In this document: positions 18,314 through 29,511 of the stretch, in pieces
Numbering within the stretch: position 1 is the stretch's first letter
Layout: each line of letters starts with the position of its first letter
From: a bacterium
Lineage (GTDB): Bacteria; Bdellovibrionota_C; UBA2361; CALJRW01
Length of the DNA stretch: 64,000 nt
Reading direction: 5' to 3'
Assembly (NCBI GenBank): GCA_031385045.1
Contig: JANNBC010000024.1
Location: 270,150-334,149 of the forward strand
Notes under the pieces: model-generated
What the model saw: only the letters and a program-made list of their open reading frames with translations
Databases searched by the model: none
Told to the model about the DNA's origin: nothing
Made by a program: the position numbers and the translations under genes

Positions 18314-20053
18314 ATGAACGATCATCGCTTACAGCTCCTAAGCTCCTTAGAAATAGCCACTAAATTATCTCAAAATGACCTAGATAAACTAATTAGCCTA
18401 CCTAAGGAGATTAAAAATGGAGATTTTTCCTTTCCTTGCTTTTTATTAGCCAAACAAAATGCTGAAAATCCAGCAATTATGGCTCAAGCGCTTGTAGCTA
18501 AGATAAAACTACCCCAAGGATTTTTAAAAGTTATCGCAGTTGGTCCATATTTAAATTTTTTCATTAACCGCGAAGAAGAAACAAACCGAGTCATTCAAGA
18601 GGTACTAAGTCAAAAAACTAATTATGGACGAGCAAGTCATAACTCGGAAACTATTGTCATTGATTACTCCGCACCAAATATCGCTAAACCCTTTCATGTA
18701 GGTCACTTAAGAACAACTATTATTGGCTTCGCACTTTACAATATATTTAAACATCTCGGATATAACACTATCGGAATAAACCATATTGGAGATTGGGGTA
18801 CACAATTTGGCTTTGTTTATGCAGGCTGTAAAATTTGGGGTAAGCCCAGAGAGGATACAATTGAAAGCCTTGTGAAACTTTATATTGAAGCCAATGGTCT
18901 CCGTAAAGCCCAAGATGAAAACAAATTAACTGCCGAACAAGAAAAATATCCTGATGTAAATATTATGGCTCGAGACTATTTTATTAGTTTAGAGAATGGC
19001 GATAGTGATGCTATTACATTTTGGCAGTGGTGCTTAGATATCAGTTTAAAATATTTAAAAGCTACCTATGCTGAACTTGGTGTAGAATTTGATTACTACA
19101 CAGGAGAATCTTTTTATATTCCAATGTTTCCTGAAATCAAACAACGCCTAGAAGCCAGTGGCCTGCTTAGCGAATCACGTGGAGCTATTGGGATAGAGTT
19201 AGATGAGAAGTTAGGATTTGCTAGACTACTAACCCCTGATGGTAGATCGCTTTATTTAACAAGAGATGTGATCACGGCTGATTATCGTGAAAAAACTTTC
19301 CATCCTAAAAAAGTTATTTATGTTGTTGGAGCTCCACAAATATTGCACTTCCAGCAATTAGTGGCTGTAATGAAAAAAATGGATCACCCAATTGCAAATA
19401 AGCTAATTCATATCCCTTACGGTCATGTACCAGGAATTAGTACACGCTCCCTAAAAAACAATGATGGAAGTTTATCACTAACAGCATTAATTGAGGAAGG
19501 AAGTTCTCGCGCTCTGGAAGCATATCAGCAAAGTGTTAGTATTAGACCCGAAAACCCAGATGTTCAAGCTATTTCCAAGTCTGTCTCCTTAGGAGCAATT
19601 TACTTTAACTATCTTTCAAGAACTAATAATAAAGATTTTCATTTTAGTTGGGAAGAAGCACTAAATTTCCAAGGAGATACTGGCCCCTACTTACTCTATG
19701 CTTTAGCCCGCATTAACAGCATGATTGATAAGGCTAACAGGAATAATATCCATAGCACCAAAGAAACAAACTTTAATGTCCTAAATTCAGATGAAACTTA
19801 CGAAATCATCAAACACCTAGCTGGACTTCAAAACATTCTCTACAAAATAACCGAAGACTATGAGCCAAATCATTTAGTGCAATACGCCCTAAACTTGGCT
19901 AAATTAGTTTCACGTAATTATAATCAATTACGAGTAGTCGGAGAAGATAATAAGGAACTTGCAGAAGCAAGATTAGGACTTTTTACAGCTTGTAAATATG
20001 TGCTAGAAATCTCTATTAAACTAATGGGAATTCCAACATTAGAGAGAATGTAG
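18314..20053 (+). CDS. argS: Arginine--tRNA ligase
   Basis: DYSAPNIAKPFHVGHLR, NHIGDWGTQFG and GDTGPYLLY motifs; C-terminal ERM. Confidence 0.97.
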   Translation: MNDHRLQLLSSLEIATKLSQNDLDKLISLPKEIKNGDFSFPCFLLAKQNAENPAIMAQALVAKIKLPQGFLKVIAVGPYLNFFINREEETNRVIQEVLSQKTNYGRASHNSETIVIDYSAPNIAKPFHVGHLRTTIIGFALYNIFKHLGYNTIGINHIGDWGTQFGFVYAGCKIWGKPREDTIESLVKLYIEANGLRKAQDENKLTAEQEKYPDVNIMARDYFISLENGDSDAITFWQWCLDISLKYLKATYAELGVEFDYYTGESFYIPMFPEIKQRLEASGLLSESRGAIGIELDEKLGFARLLTPDGRSLYLTRDVITADYREKTFHPKKVIYVVGAPQILHFQQLVAVMKKMDHPIANKLIHIPYGHVPGISTRSLKNNDGSLSLTALIEEGSSRALEAYQQSVSIRPENPDVQAISKSVSLGAIYFNYLSRTNNKDFHFSWEEALNFQGDTGPYLLYALARINSMIDKANRNNIHSTKETNFNVLNSDETYEIIKHLAGLQNILYKITEDYEPNHLVQYALNLAKLVSRNYNQLRVVGEDNKELAEARLGLFTACKYVLEISIKLMGIPTLERM

Positions 20054-20074
20054 CGTCGCAGGTGCGACGCTACA
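20049..20074. repeat. Perfect GC-rich palindrome overlapping the argS stop codon
   Basis: TGTAGCGTCGCA-GG-TGCGACGCTACA. Confidence 0.6.
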
Positions 20075-20196
20075 CGCCAAAGCTCAGGTACTTGTCTAAA
20101 CAAAGGACAACACCTAGCGACGGTGGGTTGCTATGCATTAATTACAATGCATAGCAGCAATTCCCTCTAACAATATTTAAATAACCAACACCCTAA

Positions 20197-22638
20197 ATGC
20201 AAATAATAAAATTCGGAGGTTCTTCAGTTCGGGATGCCAATCGCATGCTAGCCGTCAAAGACATTATCCAGACTAAGTTAATCCAAGATCCATTATGCTT
20301 AGTGGTTGTATCCGCCATGTCGGGCACTACAGATTTATTAAAAATGTCTGCTGAGTTCGCTGTTGAAAAAAAAGACTTTTCCCAGTTTATAAATCAAATT
20401 AAAAAAAATCACTTAGAATGTATTGCCAATCTAGAACTAAATAACCCAGAATTAATTTACAAACTCAATCAACAAATTAAGTCGCTGGAAGAAAAACTTG
20501 ATAGTATTAGCTTACTTCAAGACTTAACCCCAAAAACCATGGATCAGATTTTGAGCCTAGGGGAAATATTTTCTTCTGAAATCCTAGCAAATGCTTTACA
20601 AAAATTTTCGATCAAAGCTGAGGCAATTAATGCTAGATCAATTATTAAAACTGATAATAACTATTCCTGTGGAGCCGTCGATTTTCAACTTAGTAATAAA
20701 TTAATTGTGGAATCTTTCCAGAAAGAAGTTGGAGTCAAAGTAATTACTGGTTTTATTGCAGAAAGTGCCGAAGGAAATTTAATAACTCTCGGGCGCGGAG
20801 GATCAGACTACACCGCCTCAATAATTGGAGCTGCTCTTGATGCCAAGGTAATTGAAATCTGGACAGATGTCGATGGGATGTACACAGCGAATCCAGCTAA
20901 AGTAAATAAAGCCTTTCCTCAGGTTCAACTAACATTTGCTGAAGCTATGGAGTTGTCACACTTTGGAGCTAAGGTAATCTATCCTCCTTCCATTCAACCG
21001 GCAATGATTAAGAATATTCCGATCTTAATTAAAAATAGCTTTAATCCAAATTCTATTGGAACAGAGATTAGTAATATCAAAAAAGAAAGTCGGCAAGCAA
21101 TTTGTGGGATTAGCTCGATTGAACAAATTGCCCTTTTAAGACTAGAGGGCTCTGGACTTGTTGGTGTTAGTGGAACTGCCAGCAGACTATTTGCAACGCT
21201 GGCAACGAGCAAAATAAATGTAATCTTAATTACTCAAGCATCATCTGAACATACAATTTGCTTTGCTGTTCAACCAGACCAAGCCTTTCGCGCCAAAGAA
21301 ACTGTTGATCAAGAATTTGCCTTAGAAATCAAAAGTAACTTAATCAATCCTTTAGTGATCGACCGAAACCTAAGTATTATCTCAATTGTTGGAGAAAACA
21401 TGAGGACAGTTCCTGGTACTGCAGGTAAAATGTTCAATGCTCTAGGTAACAACGGAATCAATATTAATGCTATCGCTCAAGGTTCCTCAGAGATTAATAT
21501 CTCTGCTGTAATCTCACAACTAGACGAAGATAAAGCCTTAAAGGTTCTGCATGAAGAGTTCTTTTTCCCTGATCATAAAACAGTAAATGCTTTTTTAATT
21601 GGAACTGGACTAATTGGTGAAGAACTTATTAAACAAATTAAAAGCCATAGCGAAGAGCTAGCAACAAATCATGCTCACCAAATTCGCGTCATTGGCTTGG
21701 CCAATAGCCGTAAAATGATTTTGCAAGAAACTGGGATCAATCCAGCAGAATTATCTTTAGATTTATTAAATAAAGGAAATGACTCTAACCTAGAAGAAAT
21801 TCGTAAATTCATTGCTGATTCTAACTTACCAAATAGCTTAATTGTTGACTGTACCGCGAGTGATGAGATTGCTGGACATTATCAAAGTTTTCTAGAGTCA
21901 AAAATTTCGGTAGTAACTCCTAATAAAAAAGCACAAAGTGCCGATTTTCCTAAATACCAAGAGCTGCAAAGAACTGCTGCCAAAAGAGGGGCGAACTTTC
22001 TTTATGAAACAAGTGTTGGAGCTGGGCTTCCTGTGATCAGTACACTGAAAGACTTAATTAAAAGTGGTGATCGAATAACTAAGATTGAAGCAGTACTGTC
22101 TGGCACGCTAAGCTTTATCTTTAACTCCTTTGATGGCCAGAAAAGTTTTTCCGATGTAGTCCTTGATGCGCAGCGTGCTGGATTTACTGAGCCAGATCCA
22201 CGTGATGATCTAAATGGAATTGACGTTGCTCGCAAAATCCTAATCCTAGCAAGAGAATGTGGTGCAACTCTTAACTTAGCTAATATTGAAGTAGAAAACT
22301 TAGTTCCAGAAGATTGTCGAACGACTTCTTCTGTGACAGAATTTTTTAAATTACTTAAGGATTCTGATAACTATTTCTTGGAAAAACTTTCTACTGCTCA
22401 GAAAAAAAACTGTAAACTTTGCTATATTGCTAGTTTTAGCGATGGTCAGGCTAAGGTTGAATTAAAAGAGGTTGATGCCAATCATCCTTTCTATAACCTA
22501 TCTGGTAGTGATAATATTATTTCTTTTAGTAGTGATCGCTATAAAGTAAGGCCACTAGTTGTCAAAGGTCCGGGAGCAGGAGCTGCCGTCACTGCGGCAG
22601 GAGTTTTTGCTGATATTATTCGTTTAGCAGGTCATTAA
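20197..22638 (+). CDS. thrA: Bifunctional aspartate kinase / homoserine dehydrogenase
   Basis: KFGGSSV, LGRGGSDY, two ACT domains, GTGLIG, YETSVGAGLP, EPDPRDDL and GPGAG. Confidence 0.96.
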   Translation: MQIIKFGGSSVRDANRMLAVKDIIQTKLIQDPLCLVVVSAMSGTTDLLKMSAEFAVEKKDFSQFINQIKKNHLECIANLELNNPELIYKLNQQIKSLEEKLDSISLLQDLTPKTMDQILSLGEIFSSEILANALQKFSIKAEAINARSIIKTDNNYSCGAVDFQLSNKLIVESFQKEVGVKVITGFIAESAEGNLITLGRGGSDYTASIIGAALDAKVIEIWTDVDGMYTANPAKVNKAFPQVQLTFAEAMELSHFGAKVIYPPSIQPAMIKNIPILIKNSFNPNSIGTEISNIKKESRQAICGISSIEQIALLRLEGSGLVGVSGTASRLFATLATSKINVILITQASSEHTICFAVQPDQAFRAKETVDQEFALEIKSNLINPLVIDRNLSIISIVGENMRTVPGTAGKMFNALGNNGININAIAQGSSEINISAVISQLDEDKALKVLHEEFFFPDHKTVNAFLIGTGLIGEELIKQIKSHSEELATNHAHQIRVIGLANSRKMILQETGINPAELSLDLLNKGNDSNLEEIRKFIADSNLPNSLIVDCTASDEIAGHYQSFLESKISVVTPNKKAQSADFPKYQELQRTAAKRGANFLYETSVGAGLPVISTLKDLIKSGDRITKIEAVLSGTLSFIFNSFDGQKSFSDVVLDAQRAGFTEPDPRDDLNGIDVARKILILARECGATLNLANIEVENLVPEDCRTTSSVTEFFKLLKDSDNYFLEKLSTAQKKNCKLCYIASFSDGQAKVELKEVDANHPFYNLSGSDNIISFSSDRYKVRPLVVKGPGAGAAVTAAGVFADIIRLAGH

Positions 22639-22641
22639 TCA

Positions 22642-23928
22642 ATGAAAACCTACAGCACAACTTCTCCATCACTTAGCTTTGAAATGTCTGAGGCTGTAAT
22701 GCATGGGCAAGCACCTGATGGTGGCTTATTTATGCCAATAAGCATCCCCCAATTATCTGCTGATCAAATTCAAAGTTTTCGCAGAAGCTCATTTAATGAA
22801 ATTGCCTTTCAAATTAGCAAAGAATTTTTTAGTCCAGAATTGCCAGAAAAGGATCTAAGACAACTAATCGATCAAGCCTATAATTTTGATGCACCAATCA
22901 AAACTGTTGCTGAGAACCTGCACTTTCTAGAACTTTTCCATGGTCCAACACTTGCTTTCAAAGACTTCGGCGCCCGCTTCATGGCTCAGGTAATGTCCTA
23001 CTACCTAAGACAAACTAATAAAAAATTAAATATCTTAGTAGCAACATCTGGTGATACCGGCGGTGCCGTGGCCTCGGCCTTTCATCAGCTTCCAAATATT
23101 AATGTCGTTATCCTGTACCCTAGTGGCAAGGTTAGCAAAATCCAAGAACTACAACTCACAACGTGGGGTGATAATATTAAAGCCCTAGAAATTGAAGGGA
23201 CATTTGATGATTGCCAAAAATTTGTAAAATCAGCATTTCTTGATTTAGAATTTAAAAATTCTCATCAGCTGACTTCCGCTAATTCAATTAACATCTCCCG
23301 TCTCATCCCTCAAAGCTTTTATTACTTCTATACTTGGTCGCGTTTAGAACAGAAAAAAAATTGTTTTATAGTACCTAGTGGTAACCTAGGTAATATCTCT
23401 GCTGGTGTAATTGCCAAGAAAATGGGCCTACCAATTGATCAATTAATCATTGCATCTAATGCCAATCGTGTAGTTCCAGATTACTTTGAAACTGGAATCT
23501 TCCAACCTCAACCATCAATTGCCACAATCTCCAATGCCATGGATGTTGGTAATCCGAGCAATTTGATTCGTCTAAAAAATATTTTTAGTGATAACCTTGC
23601 AACCTTAAAAGAATCTATCTCCGCGGTAAGCTTTAATGATCAAGAAACGGCAGAAGCAATTAAAAAAGTTTATCAAGAATTTCATTATCTGATATGCCCC
23701 CATACGGCAGTTGGGTATCTTGCCGCCCAACAAATCGATCCAAAAATTCAAAAAGTAGTCCTAGCAACTGCACATCCTAATAAATTTGCCGATGTTCTTG
23801 AAAATATTCTAGGCTTTAAATTGCCAAGTGTGACACAACTTGAACAATTGACTAAACGACCAGCAAAAGCGCAATTTGTGCCCAATGATTATCAAAAGAT
23901 CAAAAGCCAAATTATTGCTGTTCTTTAA
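22642..23928 (+). CDS. thrC: Threonine synthase
   Basis: APDGGL, ELFHGPTLAFKDFG, ATSGDTG, SANSIN and VPSGN motifs. Confidence 0.96.
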   Translation: MKTYSTTSPSLSFEMSEAVMHGQAPDGGLFMPISIPQLSADQIQSFRRSSFNEIAFQISKEFFSPELPEKDLRQLIDQAYNFDAPIKTVAENLHFLELFHGPTLAFKDFGARFMAQVMSYYLRQTNKKLNILVATSGDTGGAVASAFHQLPNINVVILYPSGKVSKIQELQLTTWGDNIKALEIEGTFDDCQKFVKSAFLDLEFKNSHQLTSANSINISRLIPQSFYYFYTWSRLEQKKNCFIVPSGNLGNISAGVIAKKMGLPIDQLIIASNANRVVPDYFETGIFQPQPSIATISNAMDVGNPSNLIRLKNIFSDNLATLKESISAVSFNDQETAEAIKKVYQEFHYLICPHTAVGYLAAQQIDPKIQKVVLATAHPNKFADVLENILGFKLPSVTQLEQLTKRPAKAQFVPNDYQKIKSQIIAVL

Positions 23929-23987
23929 AGTTGAAGTTCTGTAGAATCAGTCTCAAGTTCACCTAAATTTATCTTAATTTCTTCACT

Positions 23988-24557
23988 ATGAAAATTCTTG
24001 CTTTCGCTGGTAGCACTCGCAAAAAATCTTTTAATTCTATGTTAATTAACGCAGCCGCCAAGCTTGGGAGCACAACTGGAGCGGAGTTCACTGTTCTGAA
24101 TCTTGGAGAATATCCATTGCCACTATACGATCAAGATTTAGAATCCGAAGTAGGGTTTCCTGAAAACTGCCTGAAATTAAAACGTATCTTTAATGAGCAT
24201 CAAGGCCTACTAATCTCCTCGCCAGAATATAACTCGGCCATCACCCCGCTTTTACTAAATACCTTTGCTTGGATTTCTAGGAGTTCAGGAGAAAACGATC
24301 CTTCGCTTGCGGCTTTTAAAAATAAGTATGCCAGTCTGCTTTCAGCCTCTCCGGGACAATTAGGCGGAATGCGCAGCCTGGTATTCCTAAAAATGTTTTT
24401 AGGAAATATTGGAATTACTGTTCTTCCAAATCAATTTGCCCTGGGAGGAGCTCATGAGGCTTTCGATCAAACTGGAAAAATAATTAGCCCTGCTACAGAA
24501 AAGAAAGTCAGCAGCGTCGTTACAGATTTAGTAACGGCACTTAGCAGAAAAGCATAA
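23988..24557 (+). CDS. NADPH-dependent FMN reductase family protein
   Basis: GSTRKKSFN, SPEYNS and SASPGQLGG motifs. Confidence 0.9.
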   Translation: MKILAFAGSTRKKSFNSMLINAAAKLGSTTGAEFTVLNLGEYPLPLYDQDLESEVGFPENCLKLKRIFNEHQGLLISSPEYNSAITPLLLNTFAWISRSSGENDPSLAAFKNKYASLLSASPGQLGGMRSLVFLKMFLGNIGITVLPNQFALGGAHEAFDQTGKIISPATEKKVSSVVTDLVTALSRKA

Positions 24558-24567
24558 TTAATACTTA

Positions 24568-25149
24568 CTACTCACAACGATCTACATCTCTAAAGACTAA
24601 AGCAATCTTACCGACAGTTTTAACTCGCTGACCTGAGGCACTGCGCCCATTTAAAATAAATTTTACATTTGTAGCACCAGCTTCAAAAGGTAAGGGGCCA
24701 CGACTCGGATAAAGATATTTTCCACCATCTTTGGTATGTAATAACAAAGCTAGCAATCGAGTAGTTGCGCCACTTTCCACATCGCCAATGTTTGCTAAAG
24801 ACAGTTTTTTAGATTTATAAGAATTATTACCTAGCTTATCAATAAAAAATCGAACAGTTTCAAAACGGATTGGAACAGCAGTTTTATTATAAACATAGAT
24901 CCCAGCAAGTGTATCAAAAAATGGCTCTAATTCTGGCTCAACATTCTCCTCTGTTTCGCATAAACCTTGCTGAGTATCAATTGCTAAATCATGAGCTCCT
25001 TCGGTCACACTACCTTGATCATAAAGTTCAATCTTCATCACCCGAATCGGACGCACTTGCTCAAAGAGGCCATCCTTTCTTTGTTCTGCGGATAAAGTGA
25101 AACTTAAGCAAAGAGTTAGTGGTATAATTAATAGATAGTTTTTATTCAT
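24568..25149 (-). CDS. Secreted hypothetical protein
   Basis: N-terminal signal peptide; no family recognised. Confidence 0.7.
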   Translation of the reverse strand: MNKNYLLIIPLTLCLSFTLSAEQRKDGLFEQVRPIRVMKIELYDQGSVTEGAHDLAIDTQQGLCETEENVEPELEPFFDTLAGIYVYNKTAVPIRFETVRFFIDKLGNNSYKSKKLSLANIGDVESGATTRLLALLLHTKDGGKYLYPSRGPLPFEAGATNVKFILNGRSASGQRVKTVGKIALVFRDVDRCE

Positions 25150-25220
25150 GACTTTACTATCGTCATGGTAATCTAAAAACTTAAGCTGCTAAAAAGCCTT
25201 TAATTTCTCTATTTTAATGA

Positions 25221-25799
25221 TTAATTTCCTAGAAAATACTGATGGAGGCGATAATCTCCAGTTAGTTCTGGATGAAAAGCAGTGACAAAGATATTAGCTT
25301 TTTTTGCAATAATAATTCTCTGCGGGGCAAGCTTTGCCAAAACCTCAATACCATTAGCTACTTCTCTAATAACTGGAGCCCGAATAAAAACTGCAGGAAA
25401 TGGAATCTCAGGTTGTGCCAGAAATGGTAAGCTTAAATCCTTAATAAAACTATCACTCTGTCGGCCAAAGGCATTCCGCGCAACAGTTACATCTAAAACA
25501 CCCAGGGTTGTTTGTTTAGTACCAACATTATTAGCTAGAAAAATTAATCCCGCACATGTTCCCCAGACTTTTTCTTTAGTACAGAAATCTTTTAATGGTT
25601 CAATTAGTTGATACTCTTCAGCGATGCGAGCAATCGTAGTGCTTTCACCTCCTGGAATAATTAAGGCGTCGATTGAATCTAAATGTTTTGGTAACTTTAC
25701 TTCTTGATAATTATGCCCAAGCTCAGAAATAACTTTTCCATGCTCCTTAAAAGCTCCTTGTAGAGCTAAGACTCCAACTTTTAAGTTTTTACCAACCAC
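25221..25799 (-). CDS. pdxT: PLP synthase glutaminase subunit
   Basis: [37 protein letters not shown] and FHPELT motifs. Confidence 0.96.
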   Translation of the reverse strand: MVGKNLKVGVLALQGAFKEHGKVISELGHNYQEVKLPKHLDSIDALIIPGGESTTIARIAEEYQLIEPLKDFCTKEKVWGTCAGLIFLANNVGTKQTTLGVLDVTVARNAFGRQSDSFIKDLSLPFLAQPEIPFPAVFIRAPVIREVANGIEVLAKLAPQRIIIAKKANIFVTAFHPELTGDYRLHQYFLGN

Positions 25800-26676
25800 G
25801 ATGACTTAATTGCTGAGATTCAATTAGATGATCACAATTTATTCCAACCATTGCTTCGCCTAAGTTGGCACTGACCTCGGCAAGTATTTCAGGATCGTTA
25901 AAGTGTGTAGTTGCTTTAACAATTGCTTTCGCGCGAGCTTCAGGATTGCCGCTTTTAAAAATTCCAGAACCAACAAAAACTCCATCCATTCCTAACTGCA
26001 TCATTAGAGCAGCGTCGGCTGGAGTTGCAATTCCACCTGCCGCGAAATTCACCACAGGTAAGCGTCCTAATTTCTTAGTGAGCAGTAAAAGTTCATAAGG
26101 AGCGCCAAGGTTTTTGGCATAAGTCATCACTTCTTCATCACGCATTTGAATCAAGGCATTGATTTCAGTCTGAACGGTACGAGCATGTTTAACAGCTTGT
26201 ACCACATCTCCAGTACCAGCCTCACCTTTAGTTCTAATCATCGCAGCACCTTCTCCAATCCGACGAAGAGCCTCAGCCAGTCCAGTACATCCACAAACAA
26301 ATGGCACTTTGAATTTGTTTTTCAAGATATGATATTGATCATCGGCTGGAGTTAAAACTTCACTTTCATCAATATAATCGACACCTAAGGCTTCCAAGAT
26401 TTGTGCTTCCACAAAATGACCGATGCGACATTTAGCCATAACTGGGATGCTAACTGCATTAATAATATCTTTAATCATGTCAGGATCTGACATTCTAGCA
26501 ACTCCACCATTGGCACGAATATCTGCTGGGACTCTTTCTAAGGCCATCACTGCAACAGCACCAGCTTTCTCGGCAATACGCGCTTGATCAGCATTAACAA
26601 CATCCATAATCACTCCACCCTTTAACATTTGGGCTAGGCCACGATTTAGAATTATTTGATTATCTTGATTGTTCAT
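25789..26676 (-). CDS. pdxS: PLP synthase lyase subunit
   Basis: [38 protein letters not shown] and [12 protein letters not shown] motifs. Confidence 0.98.
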   Translation of the reverse strand: MNNQDNQIILNRGLAQMLKGGVIMDVVNADQARIAEKAGAVAVMALERVPADIRANGGVARMSDPDMIKDIINAVSIPVMAKCRIGHFVEAQILEALGVDYIDESEVLTPADDQYHILKNKFKVPFVCGCTGLAEALRRIGEGAAMIRTKGEAGTGDVVQAVKHARTVQTEINALIQMRDEEVMTYAKNLGAPYELLLLTKKLGRLPVVNFAAGGIATPADAALMMQLGMDGVFVGSGIFKSGNPEARAKAIVKATTHFNDPEILAEVSANLGEAMVGINCDHLIESQQLSHRGW

Positions 26677-27848
26677 AAAAATTTCTGTGTTTCGTAAATT
26701 CTTTTATGTTTTTTAATGCCAGCAAGTCGGTAACGTGCAGTTGAAGTTCTTGGACATTGGAAATCTTGTCCGTCTTGCGGCAAAGAAAAATTATAGATTT
26801 TTTTATACTCTTCGTAATTAAGTTCCTTACGATTTTTAAATAAATTTTGGTGAAATTCTTTAGATAGATAATTCTGATATCCACTAACAACTGTACCAAC
26901 AAAGAATTCCCCAATACTGCCGGAACCATAGCTAAACAAGCCAACATCCTGGCCTCCAAGATCTGATTGTTGATGATCTAATAGACTACAAATACCTTGA
27001 TACAAAGATGCCGTGTAGCAATTCCCTGTTTGACGATTATACATTAAACTTGGGTGAATTTTTTTTACAATATCAGCATCGCCAACTTCCACTTCAGACT
27101 TTTTCGCCAGTCGCACAAAGGCCTTTTCGGCAATTGTAGAAAAAGGTAAGTGAAAACAAAATGCAGCAAATTGATTAAACTCAGTTGGAACTTTGGCACA
27201 ATAATCATCCCAGGCATGAAGGAAAGATTTCAAATACAAACGTACAGAGTATTGACCATCAACAAAAGCTTCTGTCCGATAATTTGGTCTCCAAAAATCC
27301 ATAGCATCTTCTGTATAGACACCACTTTGCAAACCAAGCTTCATAATCTGAGGATTAGTGGAGATTAGCATGGCACAAGCACCAGCACCTTGAGTTGGTT
27401 CCCCTGGATTTCCAAGACCATAACGAGCAATATCTGAAGCAACGATTAAGGATTTATTATTAGGATTTAGTTCGGCATCTTGCAAGGCACTACGCAGTGC
27501 AAACGTTGCTGAATAACAAGCTTGTTTTAACTCAACTACTCGACAATCTGATCCCAAGCCTAATAATCGATGCAAGTACATACCAGCAGACTTTGATTGA
27601 TCAATGCCACTTTCCGTAGCAAAGTATAAAGTTTTGATCGTAGATTTATCAAGATCTTGCAGGATCTGCCAAGCAGCATTGGCTCCTAAGGTTACAGGAT
27701 CTTCGTCAGGCTCAGTCACCGCCATTTTTTCCTGGCCTAGCACATCATAATATCCTGCTGGATCTTTCTCGTATAAACTAGCTAAAGTTTTTAGATCGAG
27801 AAAATAACTCGGACAGTAACATGCGATGCGATCAATTCCTACAGACAT
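26673..27848 (-). CDS. mvaS: Hydroxymethylglutaryl-CoA synthase
   Basis: TESGID (Glu), KQACY (Cys), FHLPF (His), [15 protein letters not shown] and SYGSG motifs. Confidence 0.93.
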   Translation of the reverse strand: MSVGIDRIACYCPSYFLDLKTLASLYEKDPAGYYDVLGQEKMAVTEPDEDPVTLGANAAWQILQDLDKSTIKTLYFATESGIDQSKSAGMYLHRLLGLGSDCRVVELKQACYSATFALRSALQDAELNPNNKSLIVASDIARYGLGNPGEPTQGAGACAMLISTNPQIMKLGLQSGVYTEDAMDFWRPNYRTEAFVDGQYSVRLYLKSFLHAWDDYCAKVPTEFNQFAAFCFHLPFSTIAEKAFVRLAKKSEVEVGDADIVKKIHPSLMYNRQTGNCYTASLYQGICSLLDHQQSDLGGQDVGLFSYGSGSIGEFFVGTVVSGYQNYLSKEFHQNLFKNRKELNYEEYKKIYNFSLPQDGQDFQCPRTSTARYRLAGIKKHKRIYETQKFL

Positions 27849-28052
27849 TAAATTTCATTAAAAGTTATGAGCCAAGTCTTTCTCCTCAAACAATCTTAGC
27901 TTCCGAACTCAGCAAAGATTAAGAGGCGAATAAGAGATCCAAGTTAGAGACAACATTTGGACAGTAAATCTGCTAGATCATTTTTCTGCATATAGTTACT
28001 GAACTCGGGATAAGTCTATTAAAATCAGGCTACTAAATCAAGCTAACCACAG

Positions 28053-28105
28053 AATAAACCCTCCGCTCATCATTTTTGAAAAAAATGATTGCCGCTGGGT
28101 TTATT
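28053..28105. terminator. Long imperfect hairpin just downstream of hisIE
   Basis: AATAAACCC...ATCATTTTT-GA-AAAAAATGAT...GGGTTTATT. Confidence 0.45.
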
Positions 28106-28122
28106 AAAATCTCTAGTAATTA

Positions 28123-28722
28123 CTAGTCCGCCTGATGTCTGGCCTTTAAGACTTGAACAATATCAGCAAACTTCAAATCTTGTTTGGCAGTAAGAACAAG
28201 TAGATGGAAAAGCAAATCTGCAGATTCTTCTAAAAACTTGGGCTTATTACCAATAACTGCTTCAATCACAGACTCCACTGCCTCTTCACCAACTTTTTGG
28301 GCAATAGCCGGAATCCCTTGATCCATTAATTTCTTAGTGTATGAGCTTTTAGCAGTAGCTAATTTCCTTTGGTTAATAAGGTCTTCTAAATAGAAAAAAA
28401 ACTGTGGTCCAAAATTATTTATTTCGTTAAAACAAGTATCTTGTCCAGTGTGGCATGCTGGCCCTACTGGCTTAGCACTAATTAAGATGGAATCTTGATC
28501 ACAATCAAGTTTAGCTTCCACAAAGTTCAAAAAGTTTCCGCTCGTCTCACCCTTAACCCATAGCCGATTCTTACTACGAGAAAAAAAAGTCACTTGTTTA
28601 GTTTTTAAAGTCTGTTCCCATGCTTCTTGGTTCATATAACCTAGCATCAAGACAACTTTGGTATCGACATCTTGAATAATTGCTGGAATCAAATCATCCG
28701 CTGATTTAAAATCTGGTTTCAT
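28123..28722 (-). CDS. hisIE: Phosphoribosyl-AMP cyclohydrolase / phosphoribosyl-ATP pyrophosphatase
   Basis: [22 protein letters not shown] and KVGEEAVE motifs. Confidence 0.96.
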   Translation of the reverse strand: MKPDFKSADDLIPAIIQDVDTKVVLMLGYMNQEAWEQTLKTKQVTFFSRSKNRLWVKGETSGNFLNFVEAKLDCDQDSILISAKPVGPACHTGQDTCFNEINNFGPQFFFYLEDLINQRKLATAKSSYTKKLMDQGIPAIAQKVGEEAVESVIEAVIGNKPKFLEESADLLFHLLVLTAKQDLKFADIVQVLKARHQAD

Positions 28723-29474
28723 ATTCGGACCTCTATATTATTGTTTTTAAGGATCTGTTTTAGATCGGGAATTTTAATTTCACCAAAATGAAAAACACTA
28801 GCTGCCAGTGCCGCATCTGCTAAGCCGATTTTAAAGACATCAACAAAATCTTGAGGCGAACCTGCACCGCCAGAAGCAATCACAGGAATTCTAACAGCTT
28901 GAGAAACTTCTTTGGTAATATCTAAATCAAAGCCGGCCTTGGTTCCATCACTATTCATAGAAGTTAGTAGGATCTCTCCCGCCCCACGTGCCTCAACTTC
29001 TTTAATCCAAGTAAGAGTATCAAGACCTGTATCAACTGTCCCACTCTTAACAAAGACATTCCAACTTTGACCATTAAACTTAGTATCAACTGCAACAACT
29101 ACACATTGACTACCAACTTCACTTGCTAACTCGGAGATAAGCCCTGGATTACTAACGGCAGAAGAGTTAATACTAATCTTATCAGCTCCAGCTTGTAAAA
29201 GCTCACGGACATCAGCTAAGGAGCTAATACCTCCGCCAACAGTAAATGGTATATTAATTTCCTGAGCAATTTTACTAACCAACTCTTTAAAGGTTTTGCG
29301 CCGGTCTAAGGTAGCAGTAATATCCAAAAAAACTAACTCATCTGCACCTTGAGTAACATAATATTTAGCTAATTCAATCGGATCTCCTGCCTGGCGGAGA
29401 TTTTCAAAGTTAATCCCTTTAACAGTTTGGCCATCTTTAATATCTAAACAAGGAATGATTCTTTTAGCTAACAT
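28719..29474 (-). CDS. hisF: Imidazole glycerol phosphate synthase cyclase subunit
   Basis: [31 protein letters not shown] and ALAASVFH motifs. Confidence 0.97.
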   Translation of the reverse strand: MLAKRIIPCLDIKDGQTVKGINFENLRQAGDPIELAKYYVTQGADELVFLDITATLDRRKTFKELVSKIAQEINIPFTVGGGISSLADVRELLQAGADKISINSSAVSNPGLISELASEVGSQCVVVAVDTKFNGQSWNVFVKSGTVDTGLDTLTWIKEVEARGAGEILLTSMNSDGTKAGFDLDITKEVSQAVRIPVIASGGAGSPQDFVDVFKIGLADAALAASVFHFGEIKIPDLKQILKNNNIEVRI

Positions 29475-29511
29475 GGAAGGACTATAGACTATTCCAGCAA
29501 CTTCTTAAAGC

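Noticed and set aside
20054..20196. Thr attenuator or lysine riboswitch before thrA
   Set aside because: No Thr/Ile-rich leader ORF, no U-tailed terminator, and too short for a lysine riboswitch.
27849..28050. Structured leader upstream of mvaS
   Set aside because: Only an imperfect hairpin; no riboswitch motif recognised and no second copy.
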